Assembly (NCBI GenBank): GCA_904063045.1
Contig: CAJFCJ010000002.1
Location: forward strand, 558,001 to 622,000
DNA from: Dimorphilus gyrociliatus
Taxonomy: Eukaryota > Animalia > Annelida
Length of the DNA: 64,000 nucleotides
Direction of reading: 5' to 3'
Shown in pieces: positions 50,901-62,517 of the stretch. Below the pieces are notes generated by a model that searched no databases, was not told the DNA's origin, and saw only the letters and a list, made by a program, of their open reading frames with translations. Each line of letters begins with the position of its first letter. Position 1 is the stretch's first letter. The position numbers and the translations under genes were made by a program.

Positions 50901-53900
50901 TTCGCGGATTTTTCGATTAAAAAACGTAAAGTGAACAAGAACAGCTATACTAATCCAGATTACGTCTATAAACGCTAGCAACGCAGCCAACTACTCGAAG
51001 AATGTTGGTCGATCGAACGCCGTTTATTCTACCTCGATTAGGTCATTCACGTCCGGGATATAAGCAACGGCACTCCAAAGACAATAAAAAGAATGGATTT
51101 ATTGGATTAACCCCTTAATCTAGCATTTACGATTCGCGTTCGATATTTGCTATAAATTATACATTTCGCTCTTAAAATAAATCACCCCAAAAAGTTCAAT
51201 TTCCTATCCTATCGTCAGATTACAAGCTACGCCATCTTTCGTTGCGCTATTCTCTTGGTGTACTTAAAAAGCTGATTAGCTTAGTAAGACAAAATTTTGA
51301 AATCTCATCACTTTTTAGTCTTGCACTCCAGAACCTTTCAGTAAATCGAAGCAAGAACGTGATCAATTATGAAAATTATCAGTGCAGCGTTAGAGCGTAA
51401 AATAATAATTCCCGTTCGATTTCCAGGGCTATAACAATCCATCTGTATGCCTCGGAAAAAACAAACCGCTTTTCAAATACCAATCTTTATAAAATGTTTT
51501 ATAAAAACCTAAAGACGGTTGTATCCTAAAAAAACGTGTTTTTCTTAATAATAGTCACAAATCACATTACTTTTACATTTAAAGCTTTTTTTCATTCTCC
51601 TTGTAGACCTCTTTATATACATAAAAAGACATAAAATAAAGGAAAGAAAAAGTGCATAAGAATAGAAATTGAAGATCTGCAACTATATTACAGAAGCAGA
51701 TATAGATCACCATAAGAAATACCCCTACATCAGAACCGAAACGTAAAACAGACAAACAGATAACTATAGCCAAGTCAAATGAAGAGCGGATGACGTCAGT
51801 GGCGCACTCCTTCGACCCTTCGATAGATGTGCGTATATACATAAAAACACAATACAAAAATAAAAATTACCATGAAAACATTAGTGCATTCATGTGTATT
51901 TGCTGCAATATTGCAAAGGACTCATTGTATAGACTTTTGTAACAGATTTTGAGTAAGGTTATTAATTTTTCTTTTGTTTATATGCATATACATGTTTTTT
52001 TTCATAACTCGTAAAATATATTTTCAATAAAACTTTTAAACTATTTGCTGACATTGTTAAATACTCTTATATTGATCGTTAGAAAAACAATTTCTTCTGT
52101 TTGACCGAAAAGTAAGCAAGGTCAACGAGATGCCTCAAGAAAGAATTCATTAAGGAAGCTATATCTCCTTAAGGTTTCATCTTTCGCTATAGTTTGCTTT
52201 TCTTAGACTGTTTGATAAGCAGTATCCATATTTGCATGTACAATGCGCTGAGTATTTTCTGTTCATTTACATATCCTATTTTGCATTATATTATATTATA
52301 TGTATTAGCATATTTATGGCATATAGTTTTTAATATAAGGCCCTTATCTCTAACAACAAGTACTCTTATACTTTTGTCTATAGCTAATCTGCATAACTTC
52401 TCACAATTGGAGGAAAAATATAAACGAAGTTACAAACGACGTTTGTTGGAAAATGATCTTAGAAATTTGACATTCAAATGACTGCCAAGGAGCTGTTATC
52501 CTGAAACCCTAATAGTTTAGAATGTTGATTTTAACATTTAAACACCAATATTTAGCCCTATAGTTGTCCGATTGTCCTGGAATTCTGTCAATAGCTATAA
52601 ATCCGTATCAATAACTTTGATAATCTCATTTGAAGGATAAAATCAATAAGACTTTCACATAACAATCAATTTTCTAGTAAAACGCAATTAGATAAGAAAC
52701 ACTCACATAGGACTCTTGGACCTGGACAAGAATCTCGAGTGATTATTCTTGTGATTCTGCAAGCCAATTACACTAGTCGACTGACTCCTAGCTACTTTCT
52801 GATCATCACTTTGTAACGTTGCTGAGCTGACTGCGGGTTTTACAGCATAAGCACTAGATACCGTTAATTTGCCTGACGTTCCAACCGTATGTGCTCTTCT
52901 TCTGTATAGAGGCGTCATTACAAAACGTACTTGCCAAATGACGAATGCGTTCTCTTTGCTAATGTGCTGCCAATGGCGTCTACCAATAGACGCTTGGCGA
53001 TTTTCAGTGTCGGGTTGATAATCGTAAAAAATTAGCTCTTTTCAAACACCAACAATACTACTTTAAGTTTTCTCCGTGGAAATATACAACAATAAACGAA
53101 TAATATCTCATGCACTTTTTAAAATCGAGTATTCTTAGCGATCCCCATCACAAGACATTGACTTATGCGCCCCCTTTCTCACGACGTTACATTAATGAGC
53201 CACGTTCAGATGCAAATATTTTTGTTTCAGATTGATTCGCTATATGATTTTGAAACAGCTCAAACAAATGTGAAAAAGCTATATCATTCACATCTCGTCA
53301 ATCACTCAAGACATTAATCCCTATCGAACGTTTCTATTATGAGCTATGATAAATGAATTACGGTGTACCGATCGATTTCTTAGCTGCCTTCGCAAAAGGA
53401 TAAGCATTTACGTCGAAATTAATCGTCAAAGCAAATTTCGAGTCTCCAATTCTACTAATCGATATCTGGCGGGCAAGTGGCTAATACTACAACCGGATTA
53501 CTATAATAAGAGAATAGTAATTAGTTTTCTTTAAAAGCTGAAATAATCATATGCTTCGTATTCTGAGTGATTCAGAATGTATCAATAGTACATTTTAGCA
53601 AAGGCGTAAAATGGAAATAAATTCATAAAGACCTCATATTTCCAACTTGAATTAAGATAGGTCTGTTTAAAATCTACTCAGTTGTGTGAAATATTCTTGT
53701 TTAGATGAATTTATTTCGTTAACTACAATCTCTGCATTTAAGTAACTTGAATTATTAATTATTGCTTCTACTTCAACTAATATGTTAAGTTTCTAAGGAA
53801 AACAGAATTTAAAACACCATGCCTTCCCTTTTCAGGAAAATAAAAATTAGAAAAAAAGAACAAAAACTTGCACTGTTGTGTGTTTGCACATCAACTAGAA

Positions 53901-56900
53901 TATTAACGAATTCTGCAAAACTTTTGGGTGGGATTTAAAAAGAACTCACTGCTTAGAGGCTGTGATGACGTTCCTACAAAAATGATGAACGTGAGAAGAT
54001 AGATAAAAGCATCTTGTCATGCGAAATGTCAACACATTATTTATTTCTCACACGCTTTATCATTAACCTCTCAGATCCGAATTATTTTGTTTTGTTATTT
54101 ATGTCAAATAATTAGAACTGACCAAGTTGACGGGCGGAAAAGTTAAAAGGGTTTCCCGAAGACTTCGATCAGTCGAGTATTTCTACGAGTTTTGAAAGAT
54201 AAATATACAAAATACTTACAAATCACTCGTTAGTGATGAATTCCTCGATAGAGATTTTGGTGACAAGTCAAAATCGGAATCACTTCTGTATAAGAAAGAT
54301 TCTCTTCTTTGGGGCATGTTCTGCAGAACAAGAGCGGAAGACGGGCTGCTGCCATCCAGCGGACTCCTACTTGGTGATGCTCCATTTTCAACATCGAAGC
54401 TGTTTTAGATAGAAATCGATAAACAATTAGCAACCCTGGGCATAATTGCGGTGGCCTACATTTAATAAACTATAGGTGGCATTTCTTTTTTAAATTTGCG
54501 CCATCTGTTATGAAATATTGTAATATCATAGAAAATTGACTTGATTTTGACGCTTGGAATTAAGCAGGATTAAAATATAATAGGCGTACACGTCAATTCT
54601 CTAGAAAATCGTATTACGAATGACAACACACAATAATGATAAGCATAACATCAAATCAAAATTAGAATGATGGTATATAGCTCAACGAGGCGCACAAACC
54701 ACTGTAATTGCGCACAGCCCAATGTTTCAGCTGTGTATGCTTTAGACTAACAAGACGCTTATAAATTTCTTTCCAAAGCATTCTCGCTTTCAATTAAGTA
54801 GGGAGAAAAACATGTTAAAAATAATTTTTTTTGTGTTTGTATATACGAACGATCGAATTGAACCGGATATACTCAATCGATTTAATAATGCATTAGACCA
54901 CCAAGAATACGTTGGATATTTCCTAGAGTTCGTTTGTTGAAATACGATGCAACATTTAGTTCAAAATATAAGAATTCTTTTCGATCACAAAGTGAAAAAA
55001 ACATGTTGTGTTTGTCATGAAACATATTGTTTACAAACAAAATTCTCTTTTCTGAATCATAATAGCTCTAACGAGAAGAGGAATCAAAAAAGTTTCTAAT
55101 GACGTGATATTCCATAATAATAAAAAACATAGGATACTAGACCTATACCATTAGGATATTTATTCACAGATGCGTGTAGGCTCTTGTTAAGAGGCTTATA
55201 GAATGCTGCGAAATACTTCTCTTACTTTTTACACGTTTTTACCATATTATGTGAAAAAAAGCATCAGATGAAGGAAGATAAGGTTAAAACGTCACCTCTG
55301 AGGCAACCGCATCCTCAAAGGAGTGGCCCCAAGACGACGTTGTAACAGGCTGCCAGTTTCAGTTATGTTCCTTAGCTCTTTCATTTGGTACTTTACAGGA
55401 GGAGATATTCTACATCGATTCGGTCTATATTTTTCGTGCCCTTCTGAGATAGATCTTTCTATCCTACCATGATGTGTTGAACTTATCCTTTGATTTTCGA
55501 TGATGTAGTACCGCTTATCCTTTTTATAACTTGAATCGGCCATTTCTTTCCTGACCGACGTAATAAGCATTTAAATAATTTAATAGATAGCTTTATTGAA
55601 GAATTGCAGCAAAATTGAGAACTCCCTGCAACAGATGATGAGAAACGTCGCCATATGGCGCTGGCTTCAAAATGATGACTGGAGCCGGCTTTCTTTTTAT
55701 ATATATACGTGCAGGTAACCCGACTTCAGGATGTGGCTATCATTCACCAAAGCGTAGCCTAGATCTTATTACTGTGCAATAGCTCCTGTGTATGTACACA
55801 CCTGAATATTGTCTATTTGCTTTTCTGAATATTTAGGTCGATTATTTCTGTTTATTATAGAATTCACTCTAAGGTTTACCGGTGTAGAGAGAAAAGAAAT
55901 ACCCGAGATGGAGTGACGGCTAATTAAGCACAGCGTAAACGTCAAAAAAATAGAGCTGTAACAACAAATCGATAGCTATTCTCTAACAAATTTTCTACCA
56001 AAATATTAGAAGCCACCATCCAGTAACACTCATCACGTAACCAAAAATGTTTGTACACGGTCATGTAAATATCAAACTGCACTATTTTCCTGCAATATTT
56101 CACCCTATATACCCTCTTTTCAGTTTTAATTGACTTTGGCTGATTTTCGCCAGACATTAACTGGAATTCGTGTTGTATCTTAGCTAGCAAAGATATAGTT
56201 TAATGGCGTTACGAAGTCTGACGTATATATAAAGAACAACAGCTGTTTCAGTCGCGACGTCATTTTCACAAACGTTTCTTACTAAGAAAAATGAGATTCT
56301 AAAAAAAATTTTAATATCACCACAAAATTTAAATAACGAATGAGGCTATTATGATATAGCTTAGAAAGTCCGCTAGGGTTATTATTGACCATGTTAATAT
56401 AATTGGGTTTGCTTATTGGCCACATGAGTGCCTTCAAACCACTTCGTTATTTTTTTTAAATCATGTAGATGGCTCTACCGATCATTCTCTCCTACTGGAA
56501 AAATAAAAGTGATCTAAAGTTGAAGATCACAAGAAATTTTCAAAAACTGATTCCTTGAAATGTTTTTAAAAGGTCCAATCGTAATACCAGAATCGCACTC
56601 ACCATGGGGAGAAAGCTGCTCTTGGAGTGACTGAGCCTCTTCTTAGTGAACTGGGAAGGACCATCACACGGTCTCTCGACCCCCTTTTTTCCAATTTCTT
56701 TTGTCCGAGATTATTCAAACTAGTTATTTCTAATTTTATTGAATTCCTTCTCCGAACGACTTCACCAAAAGGTTTCAGTGAATCTCCAAAAGGAGCACTA
56801 TAGCGTCGAAATTCCCTTACTGCTATGGGGACAAATGTTGGTCTTTTCGCTTTCCTCTTCCTTCTCATTTTCTCTTTTTTTCTGTCACAGGAATCTGATT

Positions 56901-59900
56901 CTGATGAAGTGCAAATGTTTTCTGCCATCCTCTTACTTTGGCGGAGAAATGCGCAAAAAGAAACGAACGGCTTGCAGACGAGCGTCTAAAGCTGTACTTG
57001 TCGAACTATTGACGACGGCGGCGTCGCGGAGGCAAGTACAGCCTTTGCACAAATCCAGGCCTAGTGAACGCCTGTCATAATTCTCATATTATCTAAACAA
57101 CCTTATCTTCAAATCGTCATATAATTTCCATTTTGTTGCCAGTTCAATCGTCTCCTACAATTTGTCTTTCCTTTCCTGTCTTACAGTTTTTATTGAAATA
57201 GAGAGAAGAAGGAAAACAGTTTCACTACGCACGCAGACAAAGAGCCTATTAAGCAAACAGATTGGCCAACAGGCTTTTTTTGATGTTCGTATAACGAAAT
57301 CTTGCTTTCAGTAAATAGCTTTTTAGGTACTAAGCAATCCCAAAAACTTACCAAACTTAAAAGTATTCAACGTCACCATGGGATAAAGTAAAATACTTTC
57401 TGCTAAAAAATAACAATTTTTTCATGCTCTAAATTTGGATCACGAAACTCTCCAAGCAATAAAAGCCAAGACGGAAGCTCATAATTCGATTACATTTTAA
57501 CCTTTCGCAGGAATACTATAACTTTTTTAATACCCTAAAATGCTCATATTTTGCAATTGGAATCATTTTATTCATCTATTAGTAGTAGTAATTTTTAAAC
57601 TGCCCGATTAAAACCCCATAAAGAATCGTGAGACTCATGTACTGTCAGTCGATTAACCATACAAACTATACGGTGTACTGTTCGATAAAATAAAACATAT
57701 GTACCGCGACGTCTATTTGCTTCCAGGTGCGATCGACAGAAGTCTTATTATTAGCAAAAATCGTTCTTGTACATCGTTAAAAGAGAGCGAAACGACGCTT
57801 TCAGCAATCTACATTATGTCAATGCAAAAAGACAGCGTTTAAAGGTCGCACTGACGTCATTCGTTAGACAGGTGAACTAAAAATTTAAGTAATAGGCAAA
57901 GCTGCGGAAATGACCGTCTTTGCGCTTAATACTTCTCAAGTAAGTTTTTTGAATAGCAACATGAATATTGTTTCTTGCATTAAAATATTTCATGAGTATT
58001 ACTATGTGAATACGGTGGGTTTTGTTAATAACCTTCAGTATAGAGATATGCATTATCAAAAGTATTATTTAAAAAGACAATAAATTTCGTCAACTAGTTG
58101 TGCCATCTACCGTTAAACTCAGAACTAGACAAAAGAATAAAGAAAAACGTTGAGGGAAACACACAAATTATTCACCTTTAAAATTTACGTTGTTTTTACG
58201 ATTTTATAGATAAATACACATGATACCTATATATGTATGTATCAGTTTCAAAAACTGAATTAACTCATCAATAATTCAATTAGCAAGGATAAAAGAGTTG
58301 TTATGACACTGTTCATTAATATGATATCCAGAAATGTCTTAATAAAATAGTTTATTTATATGATGAAATGTTCAGTCCTGTACTAAAAATTTTTGCCAAT
58401 TTTTTGCGTAAGCTCACACCATGACAAGATTTTAAAAAGATTGTTCACTGAAAAGAGCTGGGGTCAATGATCTGTTTTCCTCAGTACAAGTCATTATTAA
58501 CATCGACATTTCCGTCTGCTTCAATATATGAAGTTTTTACATATATGCAGAGTATTTAATCGAATCCAACAGGGAGACAAAAAAATCCAATTAATCTAAA
58601 TTAATTGACTCCAACTGAACAGTGAAAGACAGATACAAGACTGATATTCTCATTTTCCTAAAAAAAAATTTGGTAAAGAATGTTGATGAAAATTCAATTT
58701 AATTAATCTGCTATGGAAAAAGTTTGATATTATCAATGTATTGCTTTACTACCTGGCTGCATCTTTCATTTATCAATACAACTTACATGCAAAATTGTAT
58801 TATTAAAATTATTATTCTCGATAAAATGTATATTTTGAAATACTCAATTTAAAATATTAGTTAGGAATACTTAAAACAAAACAAATATTTGAACTTGAGA
58901 AAGATAAGATTACGCTTCTAAATACAATGTGAATGCATACTCTTTAACTTTTGCTGATGGAAAACATCTTCCAAATTCAAGGATAGAAATCCAACAAATA
59001 CCATTGTAAATTATAGAAAGCATGCGTGTATCGCACGTTTTTCTTCATCTTACTCTGCAATTCCTTCCACCAAAATGAAACTCTAAACCGCTTGTAATAA
59101 AGAGGATATACAATATACTTTCATATAGTTTATACCCTCAAGCAGAGAAGAAAACACTTCTAATGATTTTAGTAAAAGTTACATTCTGAGCAGACTAATT
59201 AATCTTAAAATGTATAAAAAGAAAAAGGTAGAAATACTCTAGATAAGATAGAAATAAAATTTTCAATTTATCTAGAACTGCATAGAATAAGTAATGAACA
59301 GCTAGAACTATGAAAGTAATCATTTAAATTGAGTGGAATTTTTCGACTGTAAAATTAACAGTTTCATGGTTGGCTAACGGTGAAATTTTTAATCAAACTA
59401 TCTTTATAAAGTCGAGATGGAGCGTTAATAATAAAATAGCATATTTAATGATAACTAACCATTGCTTTGTGCGAGTTCTAGTTAAAACTAGACCAGTCGG
59501 TTTACTTGGTTTCATTCTGGTAACACTTATGGTATGGGACCGTAACCGCAGATAATTCCCTTCATTAACAGCCATTGCAGAATTCCGAAAAGTGGCAGGA
59601 TTCATTCGTTTAGAGATACTAAAGTTTGTGTGATGACATTTAGAGAAGTAGGCGGGAGAAACGTATCAGGCGACGAATAGTATTGAAATAGTCTCCACAC
59701 CCCGCTTTTATCCTATACACCACAACAATTAAGCTTTCTCTAACGAATCAAACAGCCTTGTTGTTGGGTTCCGATTTCAATAGGACGAAGTTAATTTATT
59801 GCAAATATGCCTAATATGAAAACAAGTGATAAAGCAGATTATCACGTACCCTTCAAAATTTCAGTTGTCATTAGTGTTGTACGTTAAAAAATTGATTTAT

Positions 59901-62517
59901 TCATTTTAAATATGAAAATTAACAACGCCCTCTCTTTGTACGATTCACTTTTGAGTTCACTACTCAAAGACGATAGATGGCACTCTGAGAAAAATCGAAT
60001 TAAAATAAAGGAAAGTTCTGATTCTACAAAAATAAAACTGCAAGCACAGGAATCCTATTAGCCGGAAAACACGATCTTTTATAATTCATATTAGGAATGT
60101 AGAATATGTAAAACAAATCAATAGCGTATTAATGGACTGACTAACACTTCATCCTTCGGTTAACAAGCGTTCATCAACTGGAGCATCGCCTAGTGATTTA
60201 TAGCAATTCAGGGGCCATTCAATAAAGCGTGGATGATCTTTATTGAATTTTGGCAGTATAATTCGATCCGATAAACGTTTTTATGTTCGTTAAACGATTC
60301 TAGCCCATTACAATATACACAGAAAGCACGAAAACGAACGCTGGAGCTACAGTAAACAATCGATGAAATTGGCCTTTTTCGTTTCAACAATGTTTTTCCT
60401 TATTTTATTTATATTTATAAAGAGGTAGTAAACACAAAGAATAAATCGAAATTCTTTTACCCTGACTAGCATCAGGCCTTTATGTGCATAAAGAAATTTA
60501 GAATACTGCTGTATTTCAAAGAAAGACAGACGCAGTTGTCAAAACAGGCTAAAAGAGCTAGAAACATTTGGAGAAGAGGCACGTGCTTTTAGATATTTCT
60601 CTTGGGTAAAGAAAGCATTCGATTTCTAAATAAAGAGCCTTGCAAAACAATTAATCGTGAATACTAGGCACCCCTCGCCTTCCATCTTAGAAAATTGCAA
60701 GTAAAAATTCTTATGTCAGCTTCGTTAAAAGGTCTCTTTAAAAAATTGCATCTAGTCACGAGAAAAAAATGGATGGTTACTCTACTCTTAAATACAGTTG
60801 TTAATCAGTTAATCGTTGTTATAAGCGCGTCTTTCTTACCACTTAATACAGGACACGAGATTAACAATACTATACCATTTTTTCAGCCATCTTCTTTATA
60901 CATGTTTAATGGCTTGATATCCTTAATAAGTATTTGTACTCACCTGAAAGAAAGGAAAAGAATTAATGACGGGTTTTCGTAACATTTAAAATATCGATTT
61001 TCTAAGTAGATAGAAAAGACTGTTGCCTTTCACTATGATCCTTTTTTTCGGTAAAGACAATAATATTAATCATAAAAATAAATAAATATATAATAATATT
61101 TAAAAATAATATTTTTCATAAAAATAAACAAATTTTTATGAAAATCTCAGTTAATTTAGATATAAAATGCATTTTATAAATAATTATTTCTCATAAATGA
61201 AATATTTCGTAATTTCATACAAGCCAAAGTAGAGGGAATCGAGACACATCTTTAAGATATAGATTGACAGAATTTAACTCTACCGCTTACGTTTTACTTT
61301 ATTAGCCTAACATGCTTCAGAATTAATCAGATGGACTAAAAACTCATTACATTCTTTATAGAAAAGAATTACATACATCACGATCTTGTAAACCTATTAC
61401 AAACTATTTCACATTTGCCTTCCATCAGTCAATATAACCTTCTAACAAAGTTCACAGTTTCTTGGAATTTTTTTAGATCCGATTTTAAGTTCCGGCAACG
61501 ATGAAATGCCAAAGTTGATATTGGTTAAGAATTATTTGATTAAAAAAATATGGATAAAAATAAAAGAAATGTTTATAAAATCTATAGACTAGTCTTATAA
61601 AAAATTCTAAAAGTCCACCCAGATCAATTGGTGCAGAAAATAAAGTACATGAAGTAATAAAAGAACAGTGAACGATTGGAATAAAGTAAATCTACTAAAG
61701 CTATTAGGACTTATTGTTCTTGGCAAGTGACGCCTTTCGTCGTCAACGGACCTCCAGAACTTGTCGACGGTAAATCGATGAAATGCATTATTATGGTTAG
61801 TACAAAAGGAACATGACGACGCTTATTCAATATATAATTGACGAAGAATGCAATGCTTCCGCAATCTCTATGTATAACAATATGTTATTTAGCAAGTGAG
61901 GCCTAGTACTAAGCATCACCGTTCAAACTAAAAATAAAAAAACGATTTGTTTGTTCAGATAATATTGCACATATAAATAGGCCTACGGGAAAAGTCAACA
62001 AGTTTTAGAATAAATTTTTGAAGTAGTTTTGCAGTACGTGCCTGAGCTTACGCCAGGACTCCGACCTCATATATTATTAAAACCTACCAAACAAAAAGCA
62101 CTTTTCAATGAGACAATTATGGTAGCAAGTTTATCTTCAGAATGGCTCATGAATATTATAGCGCTGCCTGAACTTAAAATGAAAAATAGCCGTCTAAAGA
62201 ACATATCGACTTGTGATTATACAAAATGGAGATTGTAACTGCTAATAGTCTACACATAGAATAAGGTAACTAAAAATAACTATAGAATGCCTCCGTATTT
62301 TACATACTCCTTGAATTAATTGTAAGTGTAGGCCTGCCTGAAATAAGCTATTCACGTTGGATAACGTGTTTTAGACAACGTATTATGGTATTATGTCATA
62401 AATTTAATTTTTCAAAATGATACTTTACCATATCCAAGAATGTCTTCTTCTGCTCCCAGAATTGCCACCACCGAAATTTGGACTAGGAACGGACAAAAAA
62501 TTTCCACCGTTTATCAT
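44921..62517 (-). CDS. PDE4: cAMP phosphodiesterase PDE4 / dunce, multi-isoform locus
   Basis: Common exons: 54399-54220 ([18 protein letters not shown]), 49043-48939 ([15 protein letters not shown]1), 48429-48329, 48255-48143 and 47311-47218 (UCR2), 47156-46864, 46814-46650 (YHNSTHAAD), 46508-46254 (HDVDH), 46093-45971, 45467-45285 and 45223-44921 (QVGFIDY..PLSP..FQF). Confidence 0.96.
45677..45802 (-). CDS. PDE4: PDE4 duplicated catalytic exon (candidate mutually exclusive alternative to 45971-46093)
   Basis: 126-nt phase 0-0 open exon with AG acceptor and GT donor. It reads [42 protein letters not shown], against the canonical [41 protein letters not shown]. Confidence 0.8.
48533..48700. 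repeat. Compound ACTGTA/(TA)n low-complexity repeat in a PDE4 intron
   Basis: Visible repeated actgta(t)-tat-(ta)n units. Confidence 0.9.
48826..48833. promoter_or_regulatory. Perfect CRE in the PDE4 intron between the UCR1 and LR1/UCR2 exons
   Basis: Exact TGACGTCA with an adjacent TGACG half-site at 48820. Confidence 0.55.
49358..49464 (-). CDS. PDE4: PDE4 alternative first exon ([12 protein letters not shown]), joins the HAEDL exon; not in ORF track
   Basis: 107 nt from ATG to a phase-2 donor (ag|gtaggt), with two CREs immediately upstream. Confidence 0.6.
49482..49556. promoter_or_regulatory. Pair of perfect CREs (49482-49489 and 49549-49556)
   Basis: Two exact TGACGTCA sites 18 and 85 bp upstream of the ATG at 49464. 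Confidence 0.6.
50089..50342 (-). CDS. PDE4: PDE4 alternative first exon ([12 protein letters not shown]), joins the HAEDL exon
   Basis: 254 nt with a phase-2 donor (ag|gtgagg). Confidence 0.6.
51791..51798. promoter_or_regulatory. Perfect CRE in the PDE4 5' region
   Basis: Exact TGACGTCA. Confidence 0.5.
52707..52918 (-). CDS. PDE4: PDE4 alternative first exon ([11 protein letters not shown]..), joins the HAEDL exon
   Basis: 212 nt with a phase-2 donor (at|gtgagt). Confidence 0.65.
55296..55543 (-). CDS. PDE4: PDE4 long-form alternative first exon ([11 protein letters not shown])
   Basis: 248 nt with a phase-2 donor (ag|gtgacg), compatible with the FDVENG exon. Confidence 0.6.
56603..56928 (-). 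CDS. PDE4: PDE4 long-form alternative first exon ([12 protein letters not shown])
   Basis: 326 nt with a phase-2 donor (tg|gtgagt). It carries several PKA-type motifs (RRYS, RRNS, RRGS). Confidence 0.65.
57852..57859. promoter_or_regulatory. Perfect CRE upstream of the 56928 first exon
   Basis: Exact TGACGTCA. Confidence 0.5.
59460..59605 (-). CDS. PDE4: PDE4 long-form alternative first exon ([12 protein letters not shown])
   Basis: 146 nt with a phase-2 donor (tg|gttagt), giving KQC|FDVENG. Confidence 0.5.
62429..62517 (-). CDS. PDE4: PDE4 long-form first exon, PDE4D3-like ([16 protein letters not shown]); not in ORF track
   Basis: 89 nt with an upstream in-frame stop and a phase-2 donor (tg|gtaaag). 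Splicing yields RRHSWICFDVENG, matching the human PDE4D3 N-terminus RRHSWICFDVDNG. Confidence 0.85.

Noticed and set aside
61620-61800. Minus frame HRFTVD.., reminiscent of PDE4D5 RRFTVA
   Set aside because: There is no in-frame ATG after the upstream stop and no phase-2 donor.
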